Below are positions 46,115 to 55,372 of a stretch of 59,031 nucleotides of DNA, piece by piece. The notes beneath the pieces were generated by a model. That model searched no databases and was not told the origin of the DNA. It saw only the letters and a program-made list of their open reading frames with translations. The position numbers and the translations under genes are program-made. This DNA is from Candidatus Omnitrophota bacterium. GTDB taxonomy: Bacteria > Omnitrophota > Gorgyraeia > B26-G9. The stretch spans positions 147,293-206,323 of the forward strand of contig JBDRPX010000003.1 of assembly GCA_043826565.1 (NCBI GenBank). Reading direction: 5' to 3'. Each line of letters begins with the position of its first letter. Positions within the stretch are counted from its first letter, which is position 1.

Positions 46115-47038
46115 ATGAGAAGGATCATTATTTATATAGTAGTTGTAATTATTGTTATCTTTGCTATGACCAGTATTGCCAAGCGAGGCAAAAACACAAA
46201 GACAAAAACTAAAATACCAATGGCTGCGTCTGAGGTTTTATTTAAGGAAGCGCAAGAGTCTAAGAGTAAATCACCTGATCAGGCGGTGGAACAATTTGAA
46301 AAGATATTATCAGATTTCCCGGAAAGTACACAGGCTCAATTGGCGCTTATGGATATAGCGCAGGTATTTCATGATAAAGATCAGAAATTGCAGGAGAAAG
46401 CTGCTTTAAAGCGTCTGGTTGATAATTATCCACAAGGGGGATTACTTTATGAGGCCCAGCAAAAACTATGGGCGCTTAATATCGCAATTTTGTTTTCACC
46501 GATCAAAACAGAAGACAGCTTTATGTATGTAGTGCAGGCAGGGGACTCTCTTTATAAAATAGCAAAAGAGCATCATACTACGGTTGAATTGCTCATGAGA
46601 AGCAATAATCTTTCGGATTCTCTGATTAGGCCGGGAATGAAGCTTAAAATTTCCAAAGCTGTATTTAAAATTGAAGTGGACAAATCAGATAATCTGCTTA
46701 CTCTAAGAACGGATCAGGAGATAGTTAAAATATATAGAGTGGCAACAGGCAAAGATAATTGTACTCCAGTGGGTAAGTTTAAAATTTTGACCGGACATCG
46801 TATTAAAGATCCTGTTTGGTATAAAACCGGAGCGATAGTACCTCCCGGAAGTCCGGACAATACGTTAGGTACGCGTTGGCTGGGATTATCCGAGCCGGGG
46901 TATGGGATACATGGAACAACAGATCCCGAATCTATCGGGAAGCAGGTTACCCAAGGGTGTGTAAGGATGAAAAATGAGCAGGTTGAAGAGCTTTTTGTAA
47001 TTGTTCCGGGCGAAACAGAAGTAATAATAACTGATTAG
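46115..47038 (+). CDS. L,D-transpeptidase with TPR-like and LysM domains
   Basis: TM; TPR-like helices; YVVQAGDSLYKIA LysM; YGIHGT...TQGCVRM. Confidence 0.9.
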   Translation: MRRIIIYIVVVIIVIFAMTSIAKRGKNTKTKTKIPMAASEVLFKEAQESKSKSPDQAVEQFEKILSDFPESTQAQLALMDIAQVFHDKDQKLQEKAALKRLVDNYPQGGLLYEAQQKLWALNIAILFSPIKTEDSFMYVVQAGDSLYKIAKEHHTTVELLMRSNNLSDSLIRPGMKLKISKAVFKIEVDKSDNLLTLRTDQEIVKIYRVATGKDNCTPVGKFKILTGHRIKDPVWYKTGAIVPPGSPDNTLGTRWLGLSEPGYGIHGTTDPESIGKQVTQGCVRMKNEQVEELFVIVPGETEVIITD

Positions 47039-47053
47039 GATAAATAAAAGACT

Positions 47054-48010
47054 ATGAATGGAACAGGATTAGATTTTGAAAAACCGATTCTTGAGTTGGA
47101 GCAAAAGATTTCTGAGCTTAGAAGTTTTTCTAAAGATCGGAAAGTAGACTTATCTGATGAAATTAAACAGTTTGAAGATAAGTTGGAGACACTTAAGAAG
47201 GAAATCTTCGGGAAACTGACCGCCTGGCAGAAAATCCAAATAGCTCGTCATCCTAAAAGGCCGTATACACTTGATTATATTGAATTAGTCATGACCGATT
47301 TTGTTGAATTACGCGGGGACAGAGCATTTCGGGATGATCCGGCGATTATTTGCGGATTAGCTAAGATAGACGGCCAAAAAGTAATGGTTATTGGTCACCA
47401 AAAGGGCAGAGATACTAAAGAGAATTTGTATAGAAGCTTTGGCAGTCCCCATCCTGAAGGATATCGTAAAGCGATACGCTTAATGAAACTAGCCGAGCGT
47501 TTTAAAGTGCCTATCGTGACTTTTATTGATACTCCGGGAGCATATCCGGGTATTGATGCCGAAGAAAGAGGACAAGCGGAAGCGATTGCTTTTAATTTGC
47601 GGGAAATGTCACAGATTGGGGTACCTATCGTAATTGTTGTTATCGGAGAAGGCGGTTCCGGAGGAGCATTAGGAATAGGGGTGGGAGATAGAGTTTGTAT
47701 GCTGGAAAATGCTTATTATTCGGTTATCTCTCCGGAAGGTTGTGCGGCAATTTTGTGGAGAAACCGGGCAAATGCTCCAGATGCGGCAGAGGCCTTGAAA
47801 ATAACCGCGGAAGATCTATTAAAGTTTAAAATTATTGATGAAATAATTCCCGAACCTCTTGGCGGAGCGCATCGTGATCCGAAGGCGACGGCTTTGTCGC
47901 TGAAAGCTTCACTTAAAAAAAATATTGAAGCACTTTCTCAGATATCCAAAACAAAACTTGTTGAAAAGAGATATAAAAAATTTCGTGTAATTGGTCAATG
48001 GGACGAATAA
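47054..48010 (+). CDS. accA: Acetyl-CoA carboxylase carboxyltransferase alpha subunit
   Basis: [39 protein letters not shown]. Confidence 0.97.
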   Translation: MNGTGLDFEKPILELEQKISELRSFSKDRKVDLSDEIKQFEDKLETLKKEIFGKLTAWQKIQIARHPKRPYTLDYIELVMTDFVELRGDRAFRDDPAIICGLAKIDGQKVMVIGHQKGRDTKENLYRSFGSPHPEGYRKAIRLMKLAERFKVPIVTFIDTPGAYPGIDAEERGQAEAIAFNLREMSQIGVPIVIVVIGEGGSGGALGIGVGDRVCMLENAYYSVISPEGCAAILWRNRANAPDAAEALKITAEDLLKFKIIDEIIPEPLGGAHRDPKATALSLKASLKKNIEALSQISKTKLVEKRYKKFRVIGQWDE

Positions 48011-48028
48011 ATCGGGTTATTATACTTA

Positions 48029-48133
48029 AGTAGAGAGTAGCAAGTAGCGAGTCCGCCAAGTGGTCGTTGTAAGCGGACAATGGCGAGACCTCGCCGTGGG
48101 CAGCTTCGAAGAAGTATCCCGGCGGGTAGAGAG
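48029..48133. repeat. AGTAGNN heptamer array interrupted by an insert
   Basis: (agtagag)(agtagca)(agtagcg)agt-[insert]-gtagag. Confidence 0.65.
48053..48125. other. 73-nt GC-rich structured insert (MITE-like or structured RNA)
   Basis: Terminal CCGCC/GGCGG, flanking GT duplication, three internal hairpins. Confidence 0.5.
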
Positions 48134-48171
48134 AAAAATAAATAATAAAAAATTGAAAAAGAGAGGAAAAA

Positions 48172-48768
48172 ATGCAGAAAACATTAAGTTGGTATCTTAC
48201 AAAGAAGGAATTTATTATTAATAAGACACAAATAAGAGCGGTGGGAATTATGTTTTTTCTGACGCTTACGGTACTCGGGGCTTTTGTCTATTTCCCCTTG
48301 CCGTTTACACCGGTGCCCTTTACATTGCAGACATTTTTTGTATTATTATGCGGAGCGTTCTTAAGCAAAAAAGATGGGGTAGCTACTCAGGCTGTGTACT
48401 TAGGCCTGGGAGTATCCGGGATACCTTTATTTAGTGCTCTGCAGGGAGGGTTCCTTAAACTTATGGGGCCTACCGGAGGATATATTATTGGTTTTGTTTT
48501 CGCAGCGTATGTGGTTTCTTCTGTAATTGATTATTTTAGAAGAAAAAACAGGTTGGAATTTTTCCCAGTTCTATTTGCCATGAGCTGTGGGATGCTTACG
48601 ATTTATTTTTTCGGCGGTTTATGGTTATCATTTTTTGTTAACTTTTCTCTCTCCCAGGTGTTTTTGCTCGGAGTTATGCCATTTATTCCCGGATGTATCG
48701 TGAAAACAGTTATAGCGGCATTGATTTATAGTAAAGCCAACGCGCAGTTAAAAGGCCTTTTTAGGTAA
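48172..48768 (+). CDS. bioY: Biotin transporter BioY
   Basis: PFTPVPFTLQT, GIPLFS, GPTGGYIIGF. Confidence 0.93.
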   Translation: MQKTLSWYLTKKEFIINKTQIRAVGIMFFLTLTVLGAFVYFPLPFTPVPFTLQTFFVLLCGAFLSKKDGVATQAVYLGLGVSGIPLFSALQGGFLKLMGPTGGYIIGFVFAAYVVSSVIDYFRRKNRLEFFPVLFAMSCGMLTIYFFGGLWLSFFVNFSLSQVFLLGVMPFIPGCIVKTVIAALIYSKANAQLKGLFR

Positions 48769-48798
48769 ATTTATAGGTTAGAGAATAGCAATCAATAG

Positions 48799-48823
48799 AA
48801 GGGCCGGCCGTGTGTCGGCCCTT
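48799..48823. repeat. GC-rich hairpin (REP-like or terminator)
   Basis: AAGGGCCGGC-CGTGT-GTCGGCCCTT. Confidence 0.5.
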
Positions 48824-48839
48824 AATAATTTAGGTGATT

Positions 48840-49502
48840 ATGAAGAAAGTTACCGCATCCCAAATGCAAGAGCTGGACCGAAGGGCACAGCAGGATTATG
48901 GAATTCCCGGATTAATTTTAATGGAAAATGCCGGTTTGCGTGCCAGTGAAACTGCGGTTTTCTTACTGAAAAAAAAATCAAACAAAAAGGTAGTAATTTT
49001 TTGCGGGCCGGGAAATAACGGAGGGGACGGTTTTGTCGTTGCCCGCCACATTCTAAATAAGGGATTAAAAGTAAAGATATTTATCCTGGGTGATGAAAAA
49101 AAGATAAAAGGTGATGCGCTTATTAATTTTATTATTCTAAAAAAAATGAGAGCGGATATAATCCGGCACCAAAATATTTTAAAAGAAGTTAACCCTGCTT
49201 TAAAAGGGGCGGGCATCGTGATTGATGCTATCTTTGGGATTGGCCTAAATAAGGAAGTCAAAGGGGTTTTTCGTGAAGTGATTAACTTCATTAATACTGC
49301 AGGGAAAACAGTCCTGGCTTTAGATACTCCCTCAGGATTATGCGCTGCGACCGGCAATATTTTTGGAGTATGTGTGCTTGCGCACACTACCGTAACTTTT
49401 GGGGCGGCAAAAAAAGGTTTTTATCTCAAAAAAGGCAAGCAATATGTAGGAAAACTGTTGATTGCGGATATCAGCTTTCCCCGGCAACTGCTTAATCCTT
49501 GA
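48840..49502 (+). CDS. nnrE: NAD(P)H-hydrate epimerase (stand-alone YjeF-N)
   Basis: LMENAG, CGPGNNGGDG, DAIFGIG, DTPSG. Confidence 0.92.
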   Translation: MKKVTASQMQELDRRAQQDYGIPGLILMENAGLRASETAVFLLKKKSNKKVVIFCGPGNNGGDGFVVARHILNKGLKVKIFILGDEKKIKGDALINFIILKKMRADIIRHQNILKEVNPALKGAGIVIDAIFGIGLNKEVKGVFREVINFINTAGKTVLALDTPSGLCAATGNIFGVCVLAHTTVTFGAAKKGFYLKKGKQYVGKLLIADISFPRQLLNP

Positions 49503-49697
49503 TCAGAATAACGTGTATACAAAGGGGACGACAGCTGTATTCGAAGTACAGACGATTAGAATAGTAATAAGCAAGAGTATTATTACAATAGGCATCATCC
49601 ACCACATCTTAAACTCCCATAAAAATCCTAAGAGTTCACGTATTGTTTTTAATCTGCCCAAAGAGCCGGTTAGCAGGTTTTTAAGTAATTTTTGCAT
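49503..49697 (-). CDS. Small membrane protein, DUF5989/SxtK-like
   Basis: ELLGFLWEFKMWWMMP...PFVYTLF signature; coupled to the carbamoyltransferase. Confidence 0.8.
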   Translation of the reverse strand: MQKLLKNLLTGSLGRLKTIRELLGFLWEFKMWWMMPIVIILLLITILIVCTSNTAVVPFVYTLF

Positions 49698-51475
49698 TAT
49701 ATCTCCTTTTGAATCACATAGTTTCCGATTACCAGCATATCCAGTCCGCTATTTTTGAATGTATTATACGCGTCTTGCGGGGAATTTGCAATAGGCTCGC
49801 CTTTTACGTTAAAAGAAGTATTTAATAAAATGGGAATACCTGTTTTTTCTCCGAATGCTTTGATTAATTGATAATAGAGAGGGTTCTGTTCTTGTAGAAT
49901 AGTTTGTACTCTTCCGGTTCCTTTATGATCTACCGCAGGGATAAACCGGCGTTTTTCTTCTAAAATCGGTAAAACCGAGAGCATAAAACGAAAAAGATAT
50001 TGATTTTCGTTACTTACTTTAAAGTAAGTATGAAGCTCTTCCTCTAAAATAACCGGGGCAAAAGGCCGGAATGGTTCGCGAAATTTAATTTTTAAATTAA
50101 CAATGTCTTTCATTTCGGCATTGCGTGGATCCGCAATTATGGAACGATTGCCTAATGCCCGCGGGCCCCATTCAAAACGTCCTTGTACCCATCCGATCAC
50201 TTTTTGCTGCATAATTGCTTCAACAGTTTTGTTAATCAATTCAGAATTATTGCTAAAATAGGTAAACGGGATCGATTTATTTTTCAGAAATTCTCCGACC
50301 TCTTCATTGCTGTAATCTTTGCCCCAATAAGCGTGTTCCAGTGTGAATTTTCTCGGGTGGTTCAATAGACAATTATATAAATATAAAGCCGCTCCGATCG
50401 CTCCGCCGGAATCGCCGGGAGAAGGGGGGATAAATATTTCTTTAAAAGGGCCTTCGTTGATGAGCCTTGCGTTTGCAACTGAGTTTAAAGCTACTCCTCC
50501 GGCAACACAAAGATTATCCAATCCGGTTATTTTGTGAAGATAATGCGCTTGCTTGAGGATTATTTCTTCTGTGACTTTTTGGATGCTGGCGGCAATATCA
50601 GCATAATGCTGGTTTATTCCTTTAAGTTTTTCAAAATTCCCGGGTTTTGTTCCAAAATAAGCAGGAAACCCTGTATCGGCAGTAAAAAAATGCTGGTCTA
50701 CAGGCCGAGGATTGCCAAAGAGTTTTACAAATTCTCTGCTAAAACTTTTTTTTACGGAATAAGGGAATGCAAAAAATTTCATGTTTAACTTAATTGATCC
50801 ATCGGTGTTTAAAGTTACGATTTTATCAAATATTTTGTCAGTGTATTTGGGTTGTCCGTAAGGAGCCATACCCATGACTTTGTATTCACCCTCATTGACT
50901 TTGAATCCTAAAAAGGCGGTGAAGGTGCTGTAAAGCAATCCGAGAGAGTTAGGAAAATTGAGCTGTTTAATTAGTTGTATTTGGGTTTCTTTTCCTGTGC
51001 CCATGGTTGCGGTAGCCCATTCCCCGACGCCGTCAATAGTTAATATCGCGGCTTCTTTAAACGGAGAAAGTAAAAAAGAGCTGGCGGCATGGGCGGCGTG
51101 GTGGTCAGTGAAAAATATTGTATCTTCGGATATGTTTAAGCGTTCTTTGATAATATTTTTAATCCAAAGTTTTTGATTAAACCAGTTTTTCATGGCGATG
51201 GTAAAAAGGCCGCAAGATCGAGGATAGGTATTAATTATTGTTTTTAAAATCCGTTCGAATTTTTGGAAAGGTTTTTCATAGAAAACCACATAGTCAAGAT
51301 CATTCGCTGAAATATTGGCAAATTCAAGGCAAAAACTTATGGCGTTTTTCGGGTATCCGGAATCATTTTTTTTCCGGGTGAAACGCTCTTCTTGAGCGGC
51401 ACATACTAATTGCCCGTCTTTTATTAAAGCTGCAGCCGCATCATGATAAAAACAGGAAATTCCTAAGATATACAT
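49697..51475 (-). CDS. Carbamoyltransferase (NodU/CmcH/SxtI family)
   Basis: ILGISCFYHD, QEERF, HHAAHA, DGVGE, EYKVMG, GGVALN, GPRALGNRS, NTSFN. Confidence 0.95.
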   Translation of the reverse strand: MYILGISCFYHDAAAALIKDGQLVCAAQEERFTRKKNDSGYPKNAISFCLEFANISANDLDYVVFYEKPFQKFERILKTIINTYPRSCGLFTIAMKNWFNQKLWIKNIIKERLNISEDTIFFTDHHAAHAASSFLLSPFKEAAILTIDGVGEWATATMGTGKETQIQLIKQLNFPNSLGLLYSTFTAFLGFKVNEGEYKVMGMAPYGQPKYTDKIFDKIVTLNTDGSIKLNMKFFAFPYSVKKSFSREFVKLFGNPRPVDQHFFTADTGFPAYFGTKPGNFEKLKGINQHYADIAASIQKVTEEIILKQAHYLHKITGLDNLCVAGGVALNSVANARLINEGPFKEIFIPPSPGDSGGAIGAALYLYNCLLNHPRKFTLEHAYWGKDYSNEEVGEFLKNKSIPFTYFSNNSELINKTVEAIMQQKVIGWVQGRFEWGPRALGNRSIIADPRNAEMKDIVNLKIKFREPFRPFAPVILEEELHTYFKVSNENQYLFRFMLSVLPILEEKRRFIPAVDHKGTGRVQTILQEQNPLYYQLIKAFGEKTGIPILLNTSFNVKGEPIANSPQDAYNTFKNSGLDMLVIGNYVIQKEI

Positions 51476-51694
51476 CTAAAATTGTCTCCGGGAGCTTTTA
51501 ATGTTTATTTTTTTTAAAGGAATATCAATCCAGGTTGATGAGGAAGTTTGTTTTGTTTTAAGTGAGGTGATTCTAAAAAATACAGCGTAAGGAAATAATA
51601 GAATAAAGTATATCGGCGGCAGTATCAGCTTAGTCAGGATATTAGCGACAATGGGAATAATTTTTATGATTATTTTCCAGATTTTTTTTATCAT
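51476..51694 (-). CDS. Small SxtJ-like membrane protein
   Basis: One hydrophobic segment (LILPPIYFILLFPY), S-W motif, C-terminal QF; abuts the carbamoyltransferase start. Confidence 0.6.
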   Translation of the reverse strand: MIKKIWKIIIKIIPIVANILTKLILPPIYFILLFPYAVFFRITSLKTKQTSSSTWIDIPLKKINIKSSRRQF

Positions 51695-51704
51695 TGTAGA
51701 AGTT

Positions 51705-51733
51705 ATTATAAAAGATAAAGGGGGGGAAGTCAA
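51705..51733 (-). promoter_or_regulatory. Sigma70 promoter of the carbamoyltransferase operon
   Basis: Minus strand TTGACT-N17-TATAAT; C7 run in the spacer. Confidence 0.7.
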
Positions 51734-51736
51734 TGA

Positions 51737-51895
51737 TGGTCTCAAGTCTCAAGACAAAAAAAGAAAGAATAAAGAGCAAAACATCTGGCGACCCGTCATG
51801 TCGACGGAACTGTTTTCTGCAGGATGTTTTATTTTAGTTTCTGCTTTTCTTTGATTTTTTTACTTGCAACTTGTGACTTGTGGCTTGGGACTTGT
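51737..51895. repeat. 7-nt-periodic inverted arrays enclosing a nested hairpin
   Basis: (tggtctc)(aagtctc)(aagacaa) ... (aacttgt)(gacttgt)(ggcttgg)(gacttgt); inner AAAACATC/GATGTTTT and CCGTC/GACGG stems. Confidence 0.7.
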
Positions 51896-51903
51896 AAAAG
51901 TAT

Positions 51904-51933
51904 TTGACAAATATTATTAATCTGTGCTAAAAT
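51904..51933 (+). promoter_or_regulatory. Sigma70 promoter (leaderless transcript)
   Basis: TTGACA-N18-TAAAAT with extended TG, ending 7 nt before ATG 51941. Confidence 0.65.
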
Positions 51934-51940
51934 AAAACAA

Positions 51941-52282
51941 ATGGCAAAAGCTGCCCTGCTTCTAATACTTGCCTTAATTATAGGCGGATGTGCCTCGTCG
52001 GGGAATTCGGCTAATTCCTCTAAAAACCGTTATGACTCTATTGATAAACAGACTTCTTTTGTTAGTGTGCGTTTTCCTATGGAATCGCAGGAGCTGGTAG
52101 GGAAGACCAGAAGCGAAATTAAAGGATTACTAGGTAATCCGGCGCGTGTGCAAAAAAAGAAAAGTCCCGCTAATAATGAATTGTGGATTTATTATCCCAA
52201 GGATACAAACAATTTTGTAGCGATTCTGATCACTTTTGTGGGCAATACCGTCAAAGAATGTTCCTATGAGTCTGTGATGTGA
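51941..52282 (+). CDS. Lipoprotein, SmpA/OmlA (BamE)-like
   Basis: Lipobox IGGC; GKTRSEIKGLLGNP...WIY pattern. Confidence 0.65.
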   Translation: MAKAALLLILALIIGGCASSGNSANSSKNRYDSIDKQTSFVSVRFPMESQELVGKTRSEIKGLLGNPARVQKKKSPANNELWIYYPKDTNNFVAILITFVGNTVKECSYESVM

Positions 52283-52294
52283 GGCTTAGTTTTT

Positions 52295-55200
52295 TTATTT
52301 AAATAAACCTTCCAGTAGTTTTCCCGCAGCTTTATTTAATAATGGATTTTTTTCTTTATCAATAAATTTATCTAATACCTGAGTTTGCGCTTGTTTAAGT
52401 GCTTCTTCTTTTAAAGCTTTTTCCATGTTTGGCTTGGTAAGTGTGCCTTCGATTGGGATGGTTTTAGAATACTTTTCGGTATCAAATGTAAAACTTTTTT
52501 CCAGTATATTTTGATTTGTTTTTGCGGCGCCGGAATCTGATAATATGATAGTAATAAAAAAGTCTTTTAAATTCTGGAAAAATGTTACGGTTCCTTTGGC
52601 CTGCATTTTTCCGTCCGGGCAGATAAGTTCAGTGTTTTCGGTGTAAACCTCGCTGTTTTTAATTATCAGGGTGCCGCTGGCCTGAGTTGCTTTTAAAGGA
52701 TTGAACGCGATGCCCAGTCCTTTAAGTAAACCAAAAATATTTTCAAGGAATATTTGCTTTGCGATTACTATTTCTTTGGTGTTGAACTCGATGGTTCCGG
52801 AGAGAGTATTTAAACTTTGGCCGACTCCTGAAATATCCGCGTTTACGGAAGCAATTCCCCGGTGCGGCTGAGGAATTATTTTTGATTCAGCGATAAGCAT
52901 TCCAAAATTCAGATTATTTATTTGAGCAGTTCCTTTATAGGTAAAGTCCTTAGGGAATTTTAAAAGGTCAGCCGTTAGATTAGCGGTTATAGTACCATCA
53001 TAAGAATCTGCCTGTGCTTTTCCGTTTAAAATACTATCAGCATAAGTTGCGTTTATATCAATATTGTTAATCGCTATATCTTTTATAGTTATTTTATCGG
53101 AAAGAGCCCGGGCATTGATTTTTAGTTTTGTCCAGTCAGTATTGGCAAATGGCCCCTGGGCTTCTAGCTGAGCCCGGAGTGTTCCGGCTAATTTTAACTC
53201 TGCAACTTCTGCGGGTAATTTTATAGGTAATGTTTTTAAATCCGCTAAGTCCAGACTTGTTTCCACAGATAGATCAAGCTGTGGGCTATCGAGCAGAGCT
53301 TTTATCCGGCCTTTAGCTTTTAATTCTATATTTTTATATATCAGGTCCAAGGAAAGTACTTCCAGATTAGTATTTTCGTAGTTAATGTTTGAAGATAATT
53401 GAGCTTCTCCGATGGAAACTTCTTGAGCGCTTGCGTTTTCGATATCGCTGGTAAGGAGAATTTTTGCATCCATAGATTTGGGGTCCAGCCCTTTTCCCAT
53501 AATGTTTAATCGGGATGAAAGCATGCCTTTAAATCCTAAGGGGATAAGTTTTGTTTGAATAGCAAATTGTTCTGTGTCCATATTTTTTAAATTCACGTTA
53601 GCTTGAAATTCCTGAGCATTTCCAGAGGTTAGAGCTATATTACCGTCGGCAGAGATCGATCCGCCGTATAAATCGGCAGATAAAGTGGAGATGGTTATCA
53701 TCATCTGTTCAAATAGCCCCTGGAGATTGCATTTATTGATAGACAACTGATTGATTTTTATTTCTTCAGAAGTAATTTGAAAGGGAACTCTCATCTTATC
53801 TAAAGCAGAAACAGGCCCTTTTAGAGAAAATCTTATTTCCGGTATTCCTAGTAATGATAAATTTTCCGGCAAGTTTAAGAAGTCATACTTGATTAAGTCT
53901 TTAATATCTCCCCGGACGCCTCCGGAAATGTCTAGGAAGGGGGATGAGATATTTGTTACTGAACCGGCCGCTTTTAAGGCTATTGTCGAGTCACTTATTT
54001 GTATGTCTTTAATGAATATATCGACAAGATTTTTTATAGTTAAGTTTCCCGATGATTTCACTGGAAAGGGAAGAGCTATTTTTTCGAAAATAATATTATT
54101 GGCTGCGGCAGTGTAATCAAGTTCAAGATTATTGGGATTTACGGCATTACCCTTGATTGATAATTCGGCATTGATGTTGCCGGAATAAGACTGTTGTGCT
54201 GGAAATTTTTCAGCTAAATTTTCAACTTTTAGATCAGTTAAAGCGATGGTTGTTGTAAAGGGAAGAGTTGTTTCCATTAAATGACAGATAGCTTGTATCT
54301 TTAGTTTGCTTTCAAATATTTCAGCTGTACCCTGGGTGATTTCCAGGAGGCCATTTAGCAGAGACACGTTGATATTTAGGTTATCAATATTGTAGTTATC
54401 AAAAGTCATTTTTTGTGACTGCACGACCATATTGGCATTAAGCTCAGCAATATCTTTAACTTGACCGGATACCTTTAGCTTAGCATCAAGCAGCCCCTGG
54501 GGATTTATCTTTAAAAGCAAAGGTTTTATTTCTAACGGGAGACTGGTTAGATCTGCTAGGTTGAGATTTATGTCCGCGTTTAAATCGACTGTTGGTTGTG
54601 TTTTTAGGTTTGAGATATTTCCTTGCGCACGGAGTTTAATTTTATTATATTTGGCCTCGAGGCTTTTGAGGTCTAATTTTTCTTCGGCTAAAGAGCAGAT
54701 TAAATCAACAGTTAGCGGTGTTAATTTTGCGTTTAGTGATAATTTTGGAGAATTAAGATCATCAAGCTTGAAAACCAGGGTTGCCGGAGCATTGTTTATC
54801 GTTCCTTCTATATCTTCAGAAATTATCGAGTTTTGTGAAATTATGATGTTTCCTTGCAGATTTTCAATACTCCCAAAAAATGGGATTTCCGAAACCTGGA
54901 ATTCGTGAAGTTGCATGATTCCTGTATATCTTGTTTTTAGGGGATCTTTTAAGTCAAAAGCCAATTCCCAATCAGAATGGATTGATCCGCTAATGCGAAT
55001 TGGAGGCTGATTGACGGCTAAATCGTTGATTTTAATTTTAAGCGGTAAATTGGGTTTATCCCTGTTCTTTAGTAAGGATTTAAATAGGGATTTATATGAT
55101 GGGGTTATTTGTATTTTTGCACAGTTAAAAAATTTGCTTTTCCCACTTTGGTCATAGAGAGTCGGAGCCTTGATATTTATGATACCCGCAGGGGTTAAGG

Positions 55201-55372
55201 TGATGCGATCGATTGTAACCGGCATTTCTAACGTTTTCTTAACTTGTTCAGCTAGCATCGGGATAAGTGACTTAGGGAAAAAAATCAGATTAAGGTAGAG
55301 ATAGCCCAAGATTATTGCGGCAAATATAGCTAAAAAACAATATAAGATTACTTTAGTTATGTTTTTTTTCAT
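52295..55372 (-). CDS. AsmA-like large periplasmic beta-rich protein
   Basis: N-terminal TM, long amphipathic beta-strand repeats (LYGGSI, YDGTI), C-terminal IEGTLTKP. Confidence 0.75.
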   Translation of the reverse strand: MKKNITKVILYCFLAIFAAIILGYLYLNLIFFPKSLIPMLAEQVKKTLEMPVTIDRITLTPAGIINIKAPTLYDQSGKSKFFNCAKIQITPSYKSLFKSLLKNRDKPNLPLKIKINDLAVNQPPIRISGSIHSDWELAFDLKDPLKTRYTGIMQLHEFQVSEIPFFGSIENLQGNIIISQNSIISEDIEGTINNAPATLVFKLDDLNSPKLSLNAKLTPLTVDLICSLAEEKLDLKSLEAKYNKIKLRAQGNISNLKTQPTVDLNADINLNLADLTSLPLEIKPLLLKINPQGLLDAKLKVSGQVKDIAELNANMVVQSQKMTFDNYNIDNLNINVSLLNGLLEITQGTAEIFESKLKIQAICHLMETTLPFTTTIALTDLKVENLAEKFPAQQSYSGNINAELSIKGNAVNPNNLELDYTAAANNIIFEKIALPFPVKSSGNLTIKNLVDIFIKDIQISDSTIALKAAGSVTNISSPFLDISGGVRGDIKDLIKYDFLNLPENLSLLGIPEIRFSLKGPVSALDKMRVPFQITSEEIKINQLSINKCNLQGLFEQMMITISTLSADLYGGSISADGNIALTSGNAQEFQANVNLKNMDTEQFAIQTKLIPLGFKGMLSSRLNIMGKGLDPKSMDAKILLTSDIENASAQEVSIGEAQLSSNINYENTNLEVLSLDLIYKNIELKAKGRIKALLDSPQLDLSVETSLDLADLKTLPIKLPAEVAELKLAGTLRAQLEAQGPFANTDWTKLKINARALSDKITIKDIAINNIDINATYADSILNGKAQADSYDGTITANLTADLLKFPKDFTYKGTAQINNLNFGMLIAESKIIPQPHRGIASVNADISGVGQSLNTLSGTIEFNTKEIVIAKQIFLENIFGLLKGLGIAFNPLKATQASGTLIIKNSEVYTENTELICPDGKMQAKGTVTFFQNLKDFFITIILSDSGAAKTNQNILEKSFTFDTEKYSKTIPIEGTLTKPNMEKALKEEALKQAQTQVLDKFIDKEKNPLLNKAAGKLLEGLFK

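Noticed and set aside
48053-48125. tRNA or SRP RNA gene
   Set aside because: tRNA-like length and a TTCGAA are present, but there is no proper T-arm, D-loop, 7-bp acceptor stem or CCA, and no SRP GGAA/AGCAG motif.
49503-51694. Saxitoxin biosynthesis
   Set aside because: Only sxtI/J/K-like genes are present; no sxtA, sxtG or other core genes, and this trio is widespread.
16833-51895. Heptamer arrays or REPs as a CRISPR array
   Set aside because: No constant 23-47 nt repeats separated by unique spacers, and no cas genes.
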